From positions 14,131-78,130 of the forward strand of contig MQRK01231712.1 of NCBI GenBank assembly GCA_001938485.1: a DNA stretch of 64,000 nucleotides, in the 5' to 3' direction. The stretch comes from Girardia tigrina. Its lineage: Eukaryota. Shown one piece after another: positions 11,488 through 26,400 of this stretch. Below the pieces are notes generated by a model, which had not been told where the DNA came from, ran no database searches, and was given only the letters and a program-made list of their open reading frames with translations. Made by a program: the position numbers and the translations under genes. Numbering within the stretch: the stretch's first letter is position 1; each line of letters starts with the position of its first letter.

Positions 11488-14400
11488 GTATGGAACACTT
11501 ATTATTAACTCTATTTTTATAATTTTTCAATCATGTATGTCTTAAAATTAATTTCAGTCAAAGGATATTTTACTAAATAATCGTCGTCCAAGTTTCAATC
11601 ATACATTGATCATAATCAAATAAATATTTTGATAGTACTAAACTTTAAAAAAAGCAAGACACATTAATAATTTTATTTCAATTGAATTTTATTGGATATA
11701 ATTTAAAATTATTTATTTATATTTTTATATTAGGGTGAACGAAAAGTCTTTTTGTATTTTCTACGTATTTTTGTTCAATTGTTTCTTATTACCAAATAAA
11801 AATATTTTATATATTGGGTGTACAACTAATTAATTTCGTATTTTTTTGTTAAAAAAACCATTTATTTAAGTATAAAAGTGAAAAAATATTTTATTCAAAA
11901 TATTGTCCATCGGAAGCGGCAACNNNNNNNNNNNNNNNNNNNNNNNNNNNNNNNNNNNNNNNNNNNNNNNNNNNNNNNNNNNNNNNNNNNNNNNNNNNNN
12001 NNNNNNNNNNNNNNNNACCTTCAACATTGGTGAACCGTATTCCAGAAAGGTGATTCTGCATCGACCGAAACAAGTGGTAATCAGAAGGAGCTATGTCTGG
12101 GCTATAAGGCGGGTGAGGTAGAATTTCCCATTCGGTATTTTCCAAATAATTTTTCACCGGTACTGCAAAATGTGGCCGAGCATTGTCATGATGGAAAATC
12201 AATTTCTCGTGTCTGGTCGCCCATTCTGGCCGTTTTTCGGCGATTGCTTGCTTCAAACGTATCAATTGTTGCCTGTATAGCTCTCCCGTGATCGTCTGGC
12301 CCGATTTTAACAGTTCATAGTACAGCACACCCTTCTGATCCCACCAAATACAGAGCATTACCTTCAAACCATGAATATTCGGCTTTGGTATCGATTTGGC
12401 TGGTTGGCCTGGCTTCACATATGATCTATTACGCTTTGGGTTGTCGTAATGAATCCACTTTTCATCGCCAGTGACAATACGATGTAAAAACGGTTTCTTT
12501 TTGTGGCGATTAAGTAGCATTTCAGACATGCAAAATCGTCTCTCAACGTCTCTAGGCTTCAATTCGTGTGGCACCCAATTTCCTTGTTTCTGAATGTATC
12601 TGGCTGCTTTTAAACGTTTAGAAATGGCTTGTTGAGTGACTTACAATGTTTTTCCAAGTTCTTCTTGAGTTTGACATGGATCTTGATCGAGTAATGCCAA
12701 TTCTTTGTCTTCAAACTTTTTTGATGGACCTGATCGCTCTTTGTCTTCTGTGGAAAATCGCCACTTTTAAATCGTGCAAACCAATGCTGACATACTCTAA
12801 CCTCTGGAGCATATTCAGGATACGCTTCTGAGAGTAAACAATGTGCTTCTGTTGCACTTTTCCTTAAATTAAAGAACAAAAGCAAACCTCCACGCAAATG
12901 CTGTTTTGTTGGAACGTAATTTTTTTTTGACTGTAATAAAAAAAATTTGTGTGTTTACTAAAATTCAATAAAATTGACTATTGACTACATAAATAGATAT
13001 GAGTTTAGTAACAAATTCGAAATGAGGTAACAAATATGAAATGAGGTAACAAATACAAAATTAATTAGTTGTACACCTAATACATGTGTTATATGCTTTT
13101 AAAGCTCTTGAACTGCTCTATCACAATATATATTAAAACTTCTAATTAGTCGTTAATATAATTTTTATGGAATTTTAGAAAAATCGTGGAAAATTTTGAA
13201 ATTCGTGTTCTTTTACGCCATTACTGGAAACAGGGCTTAAACGCAACTGCAGCAACAAAGAAGATATACGAAGTTGAAGGCGATAATGTGGTCTCAAATC
13301 GTACTGCACAAAATTGGTTCAAAAGGTTCAACGAAAGCGACATTGACCTCGGAGACAATGCACGTTCAGACCGACCTATCACCGTAGATTCCGGAGCAAT
13401 TCGTGAAGCCGTCAAGACAAATCCGTCAATAAGTACTCGCAGATTGTCGGCCGACCTCGATATTCCTCAAACATCCATTGTACGACACCTTCACGCTCTT
13501 GGCAAGGTCAATAGACAATGTCGAGAAGTTCCTCATGAATTGACACTAATTCAAACCGAAAAGCGTTTCGAAACTTGTCAAAAATAGCTTGAAAATCCGC
13601 GCCATGGCCGTTTCATCCGTCGAATTGTAACTTGCGATGAAAAGTGGGTTTACTTCAGTAATCCAGACCAACAAAATCAATGGTTGGACCCCGGACAAAT
13701 GGCGAAAGCGGTAGCCTAACGAGATTGTTTCTCAAGGAAGGCACTTATGTGTGTGTGGTGGAATTTCGAAGGCGTGATTCACTTCGAGCTGGTTCAGAAT
13801 GGTCGTACCATCGATGCTGACCTTTACTGCGCCTAACTTGATCGAATGTATGCGGCACTTGGCGAGAAATACCCCGCTTTGATCAATCGAAAGCGAGTTC
13901 TTCTACAATAGGACAATGCAAAACCGCACACCGCCAAACAAACAAAGGAAAAATCAAAAATCTCGACGCCATTGAACTTCTTTTACACCCAGCGTATAGT
14001 CCGGATCTTGCGCCATCCGACTATCACCTTTTCCGCTCTATAGCACACTTTCTTCGTGGTCGCAGCTTCAATAATCTGGCCGAGGTCGAAAACGAGTTCT
14101 TCGCTTTTAAGAACAAGGATTGGTACCGTAGGGGGGATCGCACAACTTGCCAATAGATGGGTTCAAGATATAAATTCAAATGGCCTTTACTTTGAAACTT
14201 AAATGTTTTTTATTTGTTGTAAAATTATGTTTAAATTTTTAATAAAAAAATACGAAAAGACTTTGGGTTCACCCTAATAATATGATAATTGATAATATTT
14301 AATATTGAGACTGCTTTACTTTTCCAATTTCGGATACTAATCAAAGTTTATATTGTCTGATTAGAAAGGCAAATGGAACATCGAGCATAATGAAAGTCGT

Positions 14401-17400
14401 TGTTTGGAATTTGTCTTTTGATTTTGAAATCGCAGGTCATGGCCTGAATATTGTTAACGAACAATGATTAGACAAACAAGCAAGTAGAGCATAACATAAA
14501 TGGCTAACAAATTATATAAACAGACATGGGTTGAAAACATTTAAAATATCATTTAGATGGGTTAAAAGTGTTTATTAGGAGTATTTTACGAATATAAGTA
14601 GTGTCAGGATTGTTTCGATAACATTAAAGTGCGAAGTTTAATCTCAAATAAATCAAAAACTGGATTGAATGTCGAAACTCGTACATTGAATAAAGACACA
14701 ATTGAGTTGATCGAGTAAAGTTCTTACCACTGTTTATGCTGCAAAAGAGTCGAAACATCCATTTCAAAAAAGAAGTTTTTAATTCTATAAAAGGTTTTGA
14801 TTCATATAACGAGTAGCATTACTGTAAATCAATATCGATTAGAGGCTACCAACCCTTTGATTTATATTTAAAATAAGAACAGTTATGCCTTTGGTTCTTG
14901 TGTTAATTGGTGGATCTTCAAATACGCTTAAATAAATATAACCGACTTTTTACTTGCTTAAATTGATTATATCATCTGAAGTTTGAAGATTGTATCATCC
15001 CTTATTTAGTCAACATTCACCTCCTAAGTCTTTTGCTTCTATTTTTCAACATATCAGCAAGTCACTTCTATTCTTGTTGTACTAACAATACCTGAATCTA
15101 TTTATTTTATTGTTTAAATTCTAAAAATTTGATCTTCCTGCCAAGAAACTTATATTTTCATAATATTTACATAAAAGCTGCTTTTCAATAAAATATGTAA
15201 CCTATCATATAACGGTTCATGTCATTATATGTGACCGCAGCTGAGAAAAGGGACCACAAGTCGCTGCACAAAAAGCCCAGTAATCGACTGTAATTGTGGA
15301 TTGATCAAAAGTAGTTCTATCTATTTCAATAGGTCAATCCATGCCCTTGAATACAGTATGCATGATTTGTTGTTCTGACCTATTTATAGGCCTTAACTAC
15401 CAACTTCAAGTGACTGAGTGAAAAGGGACCACAAGTCGGCCATTGTGTTTTCGTTAATAAATCATACCAATACTGAGGAAATTACTTTTTGTAATTAGGT
15501 ATATATAGTGGGCTTGATGTTTAATTTCATTGAAAATATTTAAAGTCAGGTGAATCATTATTCAGACTGCTGCTGTCTAAAACGCATTACATAATAAACA
15601 TAATGTTTCAATTCGCGTTTTTTTCAAAAACGAGTTTTTACGAATATGACCATTGTAATATCTGTAGAAGAGTCAAATGATGGAATATCAACATGATTGT
15701 TTGCACAGTTGTTAACTATTATGAGACCTACAACGTGCCACTCTTAACTCAGTTTCCTACTTGTGGTCCCTTTTCTCAGCTTTGGTCAGATATATTGATT
15801 AATATAATTACACATTTTCTACACTTTCAGCAATAATTTTCATTGGTAATCATAATATACATTCAACTATTAATTTACCTTTGGAAAAAATTATTAATTA
15901 TCATTCATGGTGTTTGATATAAACGAATAAGTTTGTGACATGGACTTACAGGTCACCAACGGTCACTTGTTCATGCCTCATTTCTGCTACCTCTTCATCA
16001 ACCTATCAGAGATGTATAATTCAAATGATTTTCTGCGAGATAAATAGTGAATTTTGAGCATTTTACGACGAAATTAATAAAAATTTCTTTTTCTTTGTAT
16101 GTTCATCATTTCCCATTATATAGTACTCATCTTACTGGTTATTCTCTTTTCCTTTTTCCAAAAGCTACAAAATAAAGAATTTTTAATTTTTCAAAGGCAA
16201 TTCTAATTGTAGAATAACTAATGATACATCTAATCATATCACTGTATCAAAATACTGTTTCAATCTCTTAACACAAACAAAAATCATGTTTTATTCTGTG
16301 TGAACAACGGCCATTAAAGAATATACAGCAAAAATAGGGTGCAAAGAGTTAATAAGAAAGTATGGAAAATAATACTTGAAGAATTTCTTTGTTTAAAATG
16401 AAGGTTTTTAAAAAATTAAGTCATGTAGATCAATGCAAATACATTTTATAATCAATATTTGTATCTCTTATTGAGGTTTATAAACTTATGATACTACAAA
16501 AAAACGCTAACTCTACAATGTGAGGCAGTTAAATGCACCTAATTTGTATTTTTTTAAATCTTTCCAATTACAGTCAGACCTCTCGTATCCGTCCCTCTCC
16601 TAACCGTCACTCTTTCAATCCGTCACACTTTTGAAAAATCCGACCCCGACGGATACGAGAGGTCTGACTGTATTTCATTTATATCATCGTCTTTATATTT
16701 TCCGATATTCTAAACGATCATTTCAAATACAAGTACTATAATGATTGAAATAAATTTATATCCATCTTTTTGACCTTAACCATTGGGCCGTGGGTGCGCC
16801 CGATTATGCACAAGCCTTCGTAACATCTCTCAAATACACCAAAAAATTTATCTCTAAATTAATATTATTGCTTGCACATTGACTATTGAACAGTTTATAT
16901 AATTTATACAAACCTTATTAAAAATATTGCAGGCCCAAAAAGGTTCGTAAAGTGGAAATGGAAATTAAAGCAGACGAGATTGCTTCTCAGGACTATCAAA
17001 ACGAATCCACTATGGATTCGTACGTGTCTGAAAGATCCGTGCCTTATTCCTCCCCATCAGACAGAGAACCGTTGTATAATAATTACGGTAATTCGACCTC
17101 ATTCTTAGGTTGTTGCTGATCTGACAGATCATTGTTCAGACACCTATCGGTCGAATAATATACCCGAGAAATCTCCGAGTTATTCGCCTGCCAATAATAA
17201 TTATGTGCCTACTCATAGCATAAATTACCACACAGAAATATTACCTCCTTTAACGCTCCCTTCAACCACGAAATCCAACAAGTCCAAGGTAAATAATTTA
17301 TTTGTTTTTTTGAATTCTTTTACTTATAGCTTTTTTTATTAATAGTATTTATTTTAACTATATATCCATAATAAAAATTAAAAATTTTATTTTCTAACAT

Positions 17401-20400
17401 AATAATCAATAAAGCGTCCACTATAAACCGATTAGTGTCAAAAGATGTCGACAGAACAGCATTACAATAATCGACATTAACGAAATAGAGAAATGGAGAA
17501 ACATGGAAGTAAAACTGTCCAAAACTCAAGGAAAAAACGGAAGCATTTGTAAATAATTATTATCCTAAAGAAAAAAATGTTATAGAATTTATAAAAATAT
17601 TTGTTGAATAAAAATTATTAATAAATATAAATTATATTATATATTGTATGAATATATATATACAGTCGTAGCCATAATTCTCCGACCACCATTGCATTTT
17701 AAAGAAAATTAATATCTACATGCGTGTGTGTGTAAGTGCATGTAAATAATGTTCTTAACCAACATCCAATAAGAATACAGCTTTAGTAGCATATCCACTG
17801 TGCTATTATGATTTATAAAAGTATTTGTGACGACTATTCCGACATGACTGGCAACCCACTCTGAGGGCACAAATCGTCGCTTTACACGACACTGGAGTTT
17901 CGAACCATGCAATTGCCCTGCGATTCAATATTAGCCGCGCTGCAGTAGCTGACACTCTCCATCTTCATCAAGCCACCGGCGCCTTTGCCAATACGAAACG
18001 CAGTGGAAGGCCGCGTATCACAAACAAGGTGACAGATCGAGTTATTTTGAGATCCTGCAAGTCCGATTCATTTGCTGGTTCCCGCGCAATACAAGCTGAT
18101 CTTCCAGCTAACATTGATAAATTGCCTAGCGCACGAACCATTCGTCGACATCTGGTTGAAAGAGGCTTTCGATCTTACAAACCTGCCAAGAAACGTCGTT
18201 TATCGTCGAAGAATATTCGTAATAGGTTCGCGTTTGCAAAAGCTTACCAATATTGGACAGTGGATCAATGGCGTTTGGTGATGTTCAGTGATGAAACCAC
18301 AATCTGTCAGCAAGGTACATGGATCCGCACGGTGCGCCGTCCGCCTGGTTTAGCCACAGTACACTGTTCCCACTGTACGGAGTTCGCCGAAAGTTATGAT
18401 TTGGGGCACAATTGCTGCCAGCGGTCGCTGCGGTCTTTGGTTCTGTCCCAAGGGAACTACTATCACTTCACCTGTGTACAACAGCATTCTTCGCGATAAG
18501 GTCCAACGCTTCCTTCAAATACGTCAGTGCAATTATTTCCATCATGACGGGGTTCCATGCCATCAATCGCGACTAAACAAAACCTGGTTTGAAGCAAACG
18601 AGATCAATGTTCTGGTCCATGGCCTGGCAACTCACCTGATTTATCGCCGATTGAAAATTGTTGGAGAATAGTGAAGGAAATGGTTGCTAAGTATGCCCCC
18701 ACATCATATGATGACATACTTGACGTGATTAAACGTGTTTGTGTACAGGAGATCAGCTCCGAACTCACTGACAATCTAATAGCGTCAATGCCACGCCGAT
18801 TGGCAGGAGTGAATCATGCCTGTATTCTTATAATTTGTATGTACTGAATATATCCTTAATACCTCGGTATAATATCAGTTAAAAATCTCAGTATTTTTAG
18901 GGGTGGCTGGTGAATTATGGCTACGATTATATATATATTAAAATAGACTTCGAAGTAAAATGGTCTAAAATCTCGAGAATTTCCAGAAACACCGTCAACA
19001 CTCATTATTATAATTTTTATAACATGAACGATTTGCGAAGTAGAAAGTAAATCTCATGAGAATAATAATAAAATTTGATGTAGTATAAAAATATAAGTAA
19101 TAAAAATATAAAATGAATATTTCAACTGAGTCATTTCTAAAATTTATTCTAGGAGAAATTTATTATCATATGAACATAATGAAAATATTTTCCTTAAATG
19201 GGTTAATGGCGAAGGATGTCCACAAGATCGCAAATTCTGGTCATCTATATTTGTTTTCTCTTCATACGTCAATAATCCAATAAAAGTTATTTGTTCTTGT
19301 GTTCATATAAAATTAGTCAAGTTAAATTACAATCTATTGATTTCCTCTTTTCCTTTAATAGTAATTTCTAATGTCTGCCTTTCAAAGGTTCTCAATCCTA
19401 TGACCAAGGCCGAATACTGATTTTACTTTATCCTCTTCCTGTTATGATTCCTTTTAGTTTCATGAAAATAAAAAGTGATTTGCTCCATTCTTGTTCCGTA
19501 TCATCTGAAGGTGACGTCTGAGCTTCTTATCAATTATGTTATGTGCTAGTTCTGTATAACATCAACCTCTTAATATATTTTTCCTAGTTGGAAGTGTCAA
19601 ATATTGTAAAACAGTGTTCGGTACAAAGATTGTGTTTTTATGCTAAAAGATAGATTTATTAAGGGAAAGTAGCGTGTATTTGTTTCATTCACACGTAGCT
19701 CTATCATTCCTCGTGTCACTTTAACCTCATATAACCATGAAATACCCCAAAATTCTGAGGTATAGGCTTTTTATGTAGAAAGACTTTCCTACACAAACTT
19801 CGATTGTTTTAAACAATCTTAAAATAAAAACAGTTTGTTGTGAGCATCAAACATCCCAACATACCTTAGAACTCACAGATTTCTCTAACAACTTAAAGAG
19901 CAAGAATAAAATTACAGTTACTTAGTTATTAAAGAATGATTTAATAATTGTTCCACGAGAATCCTACTACTCGTGAGTAACGTGGAATTAACAAAATTAA
20001 AGAATCATTCCGCAGGTGCTCAGAGGCCGTGGCACCGGATATTAACTGATTAATTTGTACACAAATCTCTCGCTGTCACCAATTGTGACTTTTGCGTTCT
20101 GTCACCATTGTGTCATTTACAAGTGGCACTCGTGCTAATGTTATAAATAAACACAACTGCTACACACAGACACGCATGCCGTTTATCCATTCATCTATTT
20201 ATTTGTTTGTATTTCCATGCATGTTTACGCACATCGGTGTGTTGTCAATGTGCATAGATCACACACGAGCAAGCGTGAAGTATGGATGTCTGTATATATA
20301 TACATATACATATCTGTATAATTATAAATAAACTGTTTCTGATTATGTTTACAAATACGCGGACTGTTTTTGCTTCTTATTTTTATCTCATCGTTTAGAT

Positions 20401-23400
20401 ACAAATTCATTTAAATGCTATAACTTAAAGCTGAAAAATGAATTAAAACAACAATTAATAAAAAATAGCAAAACAAATTTTGTCTACCACTTGTTCCGAT
20501 AATTGAATGGAATGGTCCGTTTTTTCTTTAGAGCAGTATTCACGACCGGTGTTTCAGGGAAATCATTTTATAGTTTTAGTCTTGATTCAAAAAATAAAGA
20601 TATGGAATGAGAGAATAGCCGACATAGAGGATCATGGACACTTGAACGACGTGGTTTCAAAGGAGTATTTCTGTTCCAAAATTATTAGGATGCGTGCTGA
20701 TTCTTGCAAAACCGAACATAACAAAAATTAAATTGGATAACTATGATTATTATTTGCCCTTCCAAATGCTTTACTTGAGGAATCTCATTTCGTAACATGA
20801 TTTTTAATAGAAAAAATCTTGAAACAGAATAAAGATTTGCATGCATCAAGTCAAAAGATAGAAATAATTATCTTTATGGTCGATTAAAATAGTCAAAGTA
20901 TCAAAAGTAGACCACAGCCTTTGTACCTTGATAATCTTAAGACCTTCATCATCCTCTTCCTTGTTTTCGTATTCTTGGTTTCTAATATAAGGCAAATGTA
21001 TGATAGAATCCAAAAACACGAGACTAATCGGATGATTAAACATTATGTCGTTTTTTATGCATAGAAAAAGTTTTAATTTAGATCGAATTGTGTAACCTAC
21101 TTGATTAATTACATCATTTAAGTATTTGATATGATGCTTTTCTTGTAAATTTGGTGACAGATCAATGTAGCCTTCAGAGCTAATGTAATCGATTCCTGTT
21201 TGAATAACATTTAAGGTACCAAGATATTCCATAACATTCTATTCCAAACACTTCTGTCATCCTATAACCACCACAAATTGCTTGAGTAGCAAGAAAATTT
21301 AGCAGTTACTTTCTATTGCTCTTTATTTAGTTTCTCCAATTAAGATGTACTTCAGTGGTTATACAAATGTTCTTATTATCATATTGGATCAAGTCTAGAT
21401 CCTGAACAGAAATGATTTTATTTTTTTGAGCTTAACTAGTTATTCAATTAATCTCTCTTCTGTTGCGTTTTCCCCTTACAAATATATCCTTACAAATGAC
21501 TGCAAATGTTGAAAAGGGAATCAATCAATGTAAAATATAATATATTGGGGAAATATTTTTGAAGATGTTTCTTATATGTTGCATTAATTTATGTTGGAAA
21601 TCCGAATTTAACGTTGAGCATTAATTTAAAATGGAAATCATTTTAATATTCTAAATAAATATAATAATAATTATGAAATAATAATTATTAAAAAACCCTA
21701 AAATCGATAAAAATACTCAGAAAAAATCCTCACGCAAGACGCATTTTACCAACAAAAGAAAGAAGAAACCTCTATATTCATCGGCTGTTAGCAACAATAT
21801 CTACTCAATTAATCACCAGTTGGAGAACCATTCTGTCGAAATGGATGTCAATGACAATTTATCAATTATCCATTACCGGTCTAACACCCCTAGTCCTCAC
21901 CCAATCCTAGACAACTATTTTGAGGATTCCGATGACGATCGCACCGAGCCGATGCAGGAGTCATCGGAAGAGCTGTTGAGAATGCTCGAATTACCAGACC
22001 CAACTGAACCAAAACCATCCTCCAATTCAGTGAATGTCATTGATCCTCCTCCTCCCACTCCTCTTCATCAAGTATTGAATGTGAGTGTGCTCCTTAACAT
22101 GCACTTGTTATGAGCTCATCATCATCATTTTTCAGATAGATCTATCATTTCATTTTTTTATTTACTATTTTTAATGTTTATTTTCATTGATTACAAATTT
22201 CACCACAAAATAATCATTTCTAAAATAGCATTTGATACCTAATGTTAATGTTTTTCTTTGACAAATCTTCCTGTTAAATCTTCTGAAACTGTTAATTTTT
22301 ACCATTTAAACATTTTTTATAATAGAAGAGATGAAATTGATTTTATGTTCTCTTTTGTTTTCTTCACAAATAATGATTATAAAAATAATAATCATTGTCA
22401 CTATCATCATCAACTCATTTAGTATTTATGAGAATTGTTTTTGAAACTATAAAATTGCAATTTTTAATTTGGTTTTTGTAGAATAACCAGTCATTACATA
22501 TGAATAATGTGATTGATGATGTCCCCGGTCAAGGGGGTATCAGAATGAAAATAAAAATCAGGAAAAATAAAAACTCATTTACCAGAGGTCCAAGCTCAAT
22601 TGTTAATAGTAACACAGATCTTTCATCCCCAATCCAGTCTCAACATTCAGATGATAAAAATTCGATATCAGAACGCCTTCAGCTCATGCATTATCATAGT
22701 CCGATGTCGGATATTGATGAACGAATTTATCATCAACACAGTTCTTATGATAAATCGTCTAATCAGTCACACTATGATATCCATCAAAATAGTCCCGCTT
22801 ATTCTTCGACCCAAGAATCATTCTCAGATTTCTATAGACATGATAATTCTATAGCTAGTGGAGCTGTGTCGTCAACTTTCTCGAAACCCTCGACTCCAAA
22901 TAAACACACAATCAAATCTTCCAATGTTAATATAACGAGATTTAATTCCTCCTCCACACATTCTTCTTTGAAAACCCTACCTGCTTTAGATGACTGTGAT
23001 AAAATCCCCACATTATTATTTAAGAACAGTAAATCTGGGAAGAAACGTAAACGTTCAAGATTGAGTTCAGGTTTGTATTTTTTTGCATTTTGTACATTAT
23101 TTTTAAAATCGTACTTATTTAGTAAAAATGTATTTACGAGAGTAAAACATTTAATTTCCATGTAATAAAGTTTTAATATTTAATAATTAAATATTTTAAT
23201 AAAGTTGGGTAGCTTGAACATTAATTTTATTGTCGACCTAATTATTAGTTTGTTGCAAAAGCAATGCGAGTTTTTGAACCTTAACTTTAAACAAATGTCA
23301 CTCAGCACAGAATAAACTTTATTAATCGAAATGAAAACCATCAGAATCAATACATTTTTGCTAACGAGAAACAAGTTTATTGATGCGCCTAGTGTAGAAA

Positions 23401-26400
23401 TCCTGAGTTCTGGATGCGATGAAAGCGTTAAAGGCGTCTTTAATGTCGTCTTGGTTTTTAAATCATTTTTACTGGAGGAAGTTATCCAGATGCTTGAAAA
23501 AATGGTAGTCGGTGGGCGAGAGGTCCAGTGAGTAGGGTGGATGGGGCAGAGTTTCGTAACCAAATTCGTTTAGCTTTTGTAAGGTCGGTTTTGTATTGTG
23601 TGGCCGGGCGATGTCGTGGAGGAGAATCGGTCCTTTTATATTGACCAATCTCGGGCACATACGTCGGAGGTCGTGATGCATTTTGTCAATTTGTTGGCAG
23701 TACTTCTCTGCGGTGATCGTTTCATCCGTATTCAGAAAGCTGTGATGTATGAGACTGGGTATAGACCACCAAACAGTCACCATAACCTTCTTTTGGTGGA
23801 GTTTTGGTTTCGGAAAGTGGCGAGAAGACTCATCGCGGTCCAAGCATTGTGCCGAACGTCGCCGATTGTCATCACACGTCACAATCTGATCGAGAAACGG
23901 GTCGTTCTTGTTGCACAGAAGAAGCACGGAAGACATCCCAAAACGACGATTTTTTTACTTTCGTTCAATTCTTAAGGCACTCATTTATCGCGCTTTTTCG
24001 ACTTAACAATTTACTTCAAGTGCCGACCGACAATTGAGGGATCAATGTAAGCTCTTCTGCGAGTGCTCGAACAGTTGTGTGTTCACCAGCTCCTTCAATT
24101 CGTCGTTGTCAATCGTCGATGGGCGGCTGCCATGAGGCTCATCTTGCAGGCAGGTATTGCTAGAACGAAACCCTTACCCCACACTTTGTTGATGTTTCGA
24201 GCGGTTTGAGCTGCACTACGCCCTAGCTTGAACTCGTTGAAGCAAATGTTACGATAATCACGTTTTGACATCTGCAATTAAAATCGAAATTATTAACAAA
24301 AGAAACATTATAATAAGTTTTAGACAAATAAATAACAAACGAGTATAAATTAAGCTTTCGAATGACTCATAACAACATGTATGCTTTAGTCGTATAACAT
24401 TGCGGTAAATACAAAACAATCAAAAACCTACATTCCTTTTGCAACAACCTAATAATAAATCTTCATACACCCATTTCCAATTATTTGGTCATTGTATAGA
24501 TAATGTCGTTTGTGGAGTACAATTAAATGAAACTGATTAAAAATATATTCTATTGTATATAGTCCTATCACATAACTGTCTTCTTGATGAAATTCGTCAC
24601 CTTAGAAGTCGAAAATCTCCTTTCTATCATACATTGCATTGGTTTGTTCGAGTTTAAGCAATAGAGGAAGCCTTACTTTTTATTTACATATGATTACTGA
24701 TTGCAGTAGAGTATTGATAATTTTTCCGGGTTTAAAAGGTTCGAAATGCACCACGAATTTCAATCTCATCTAAACAGAAATGAGTTTTTTCATATATCGT
24801 TGGTTTGAAGTCGTCTTTGATGTTTCTCCCTCCGAAAAACACTATTTTTTTCTTTATTGGTTATGTTTTAATTGTAATTTCTCACCTTCTCTAATGTTCC
24901 TTTCTACAAAAGCTTTCGTTTATTGTCGAAAAGGAAGATCATGACATATATTTGTACTTACTTTTGTCATCTTTTTCTGAAAAACTAAAAATACTGTGTT
25001 TGTCAATATAACCATTCGTAGAATTTTGAATTAGCGTCTGTATTTTTATACTTTAGTTTCAGAATTCTAAATAATATGTAAATTCTCTATAACATTTTTA
25101 TAAGAATAACTTTTTAAAAATATTACAAAATTAAAAAAAATCTCTTTAAGCAAGTGCTCTATAAGCGAAATTTACTATATATGAAAATACGGGCCTGGAT
25201 TTGCGGTTCTGCTAGCGGTTATTTTGACAACCACCATCCTTCTAGTTTTACAAAGAACAAAATTTCTCAAATTGTTACTTAACAAACTACAATTAAAACT
25301 TTTGTACTCAAATGATTTTTTGAAAAGAAAAAGATTAATTAAAATTATTAATGAAGGTTAGTTATTAATTGAAAATGTTTTTTGGCTCCTTAACTTCTTT
25401 GCTCGCGAACAACTGAAAAAAAGTTGCCATACACATGAAAAATATATCCTTAATTAAACTCATAATTCAATAAATATTTTTCATATTTTTATTATATTTT
25501 TAATGATATTTAAACTAAAATGAAATGTAAATCCCAATTAAAATGTGAATATTTTATTATTATCACCTCAAAATCATTCTGTTTTGTTGACTTTTGTGAT
25601 GAATATTTTTCTGGACTAATGTCTTCTCAAAGACCCTTTTTTAATTAAGCATGGAAGGCTTAATTAGTGCTACTATTTCTGTAACAATTGATAAGTGTTT
25701 CTCCGGCGTATATGATGTAGTCTTTGTAAGCAATCGGCAGAAAAGAATGTTTGTATCTTTCAAAGGCTTATAATATAATGCAATTTACAAAACCCCTGTC
25801 AATCCAAACATATTACGAAAGTATTATTATTTAAGTTATGTAAATGAGTTTAGTTTACACATGTAAAATAATTTGAAGCATATTTTTTCAACATTTTATG
25901 TAAATTTAAACATAAACAATGAAAATTATTTTAAACATTGAAGCAATTTGTTTGGGACTTATCTGAATTATTTAGTTTCTCGCAAAATATCAATAATTTG
26001 TTCTTCTCATCACTGTATCGCCAGAATCCGTATATCAAGTAGATCTTTCAAAAAACATCTTTCGCAATTTGTTGTATTGCCAGTGAAGCAAAAATAAACT
26101 GATTATATAATCTAAAATATACTTTCACGCTGGATTTTGAAAATAACTTCCTAACGCTGTAAAGATTTTTAAATTACTTTTTCGTAGTTCGTTTATGGCA
26201 CTCACAATGGGAAGGACATTAATCGTCCTCTTACTATTATTTTATGTCAATCATAAAGGGTTTGAACAATCATTTGGTATAATTCATTTTTTATATCTAA
26301 TAGTTGGCCTAATAATTTAGTGATCTCTTGTTTTAGTTTAAGATGATATTTGTTACTTTATTACTACTTTGAGCTTCATTTTGGAGTGATTGTATCTGAA

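Noticed and set aside
17088-17108. 21-nt ultra-short intron (gtaatt...cttag)
   Set aside because: It leads to an in-frame TGA. The 40-nt intron keeps the frame.
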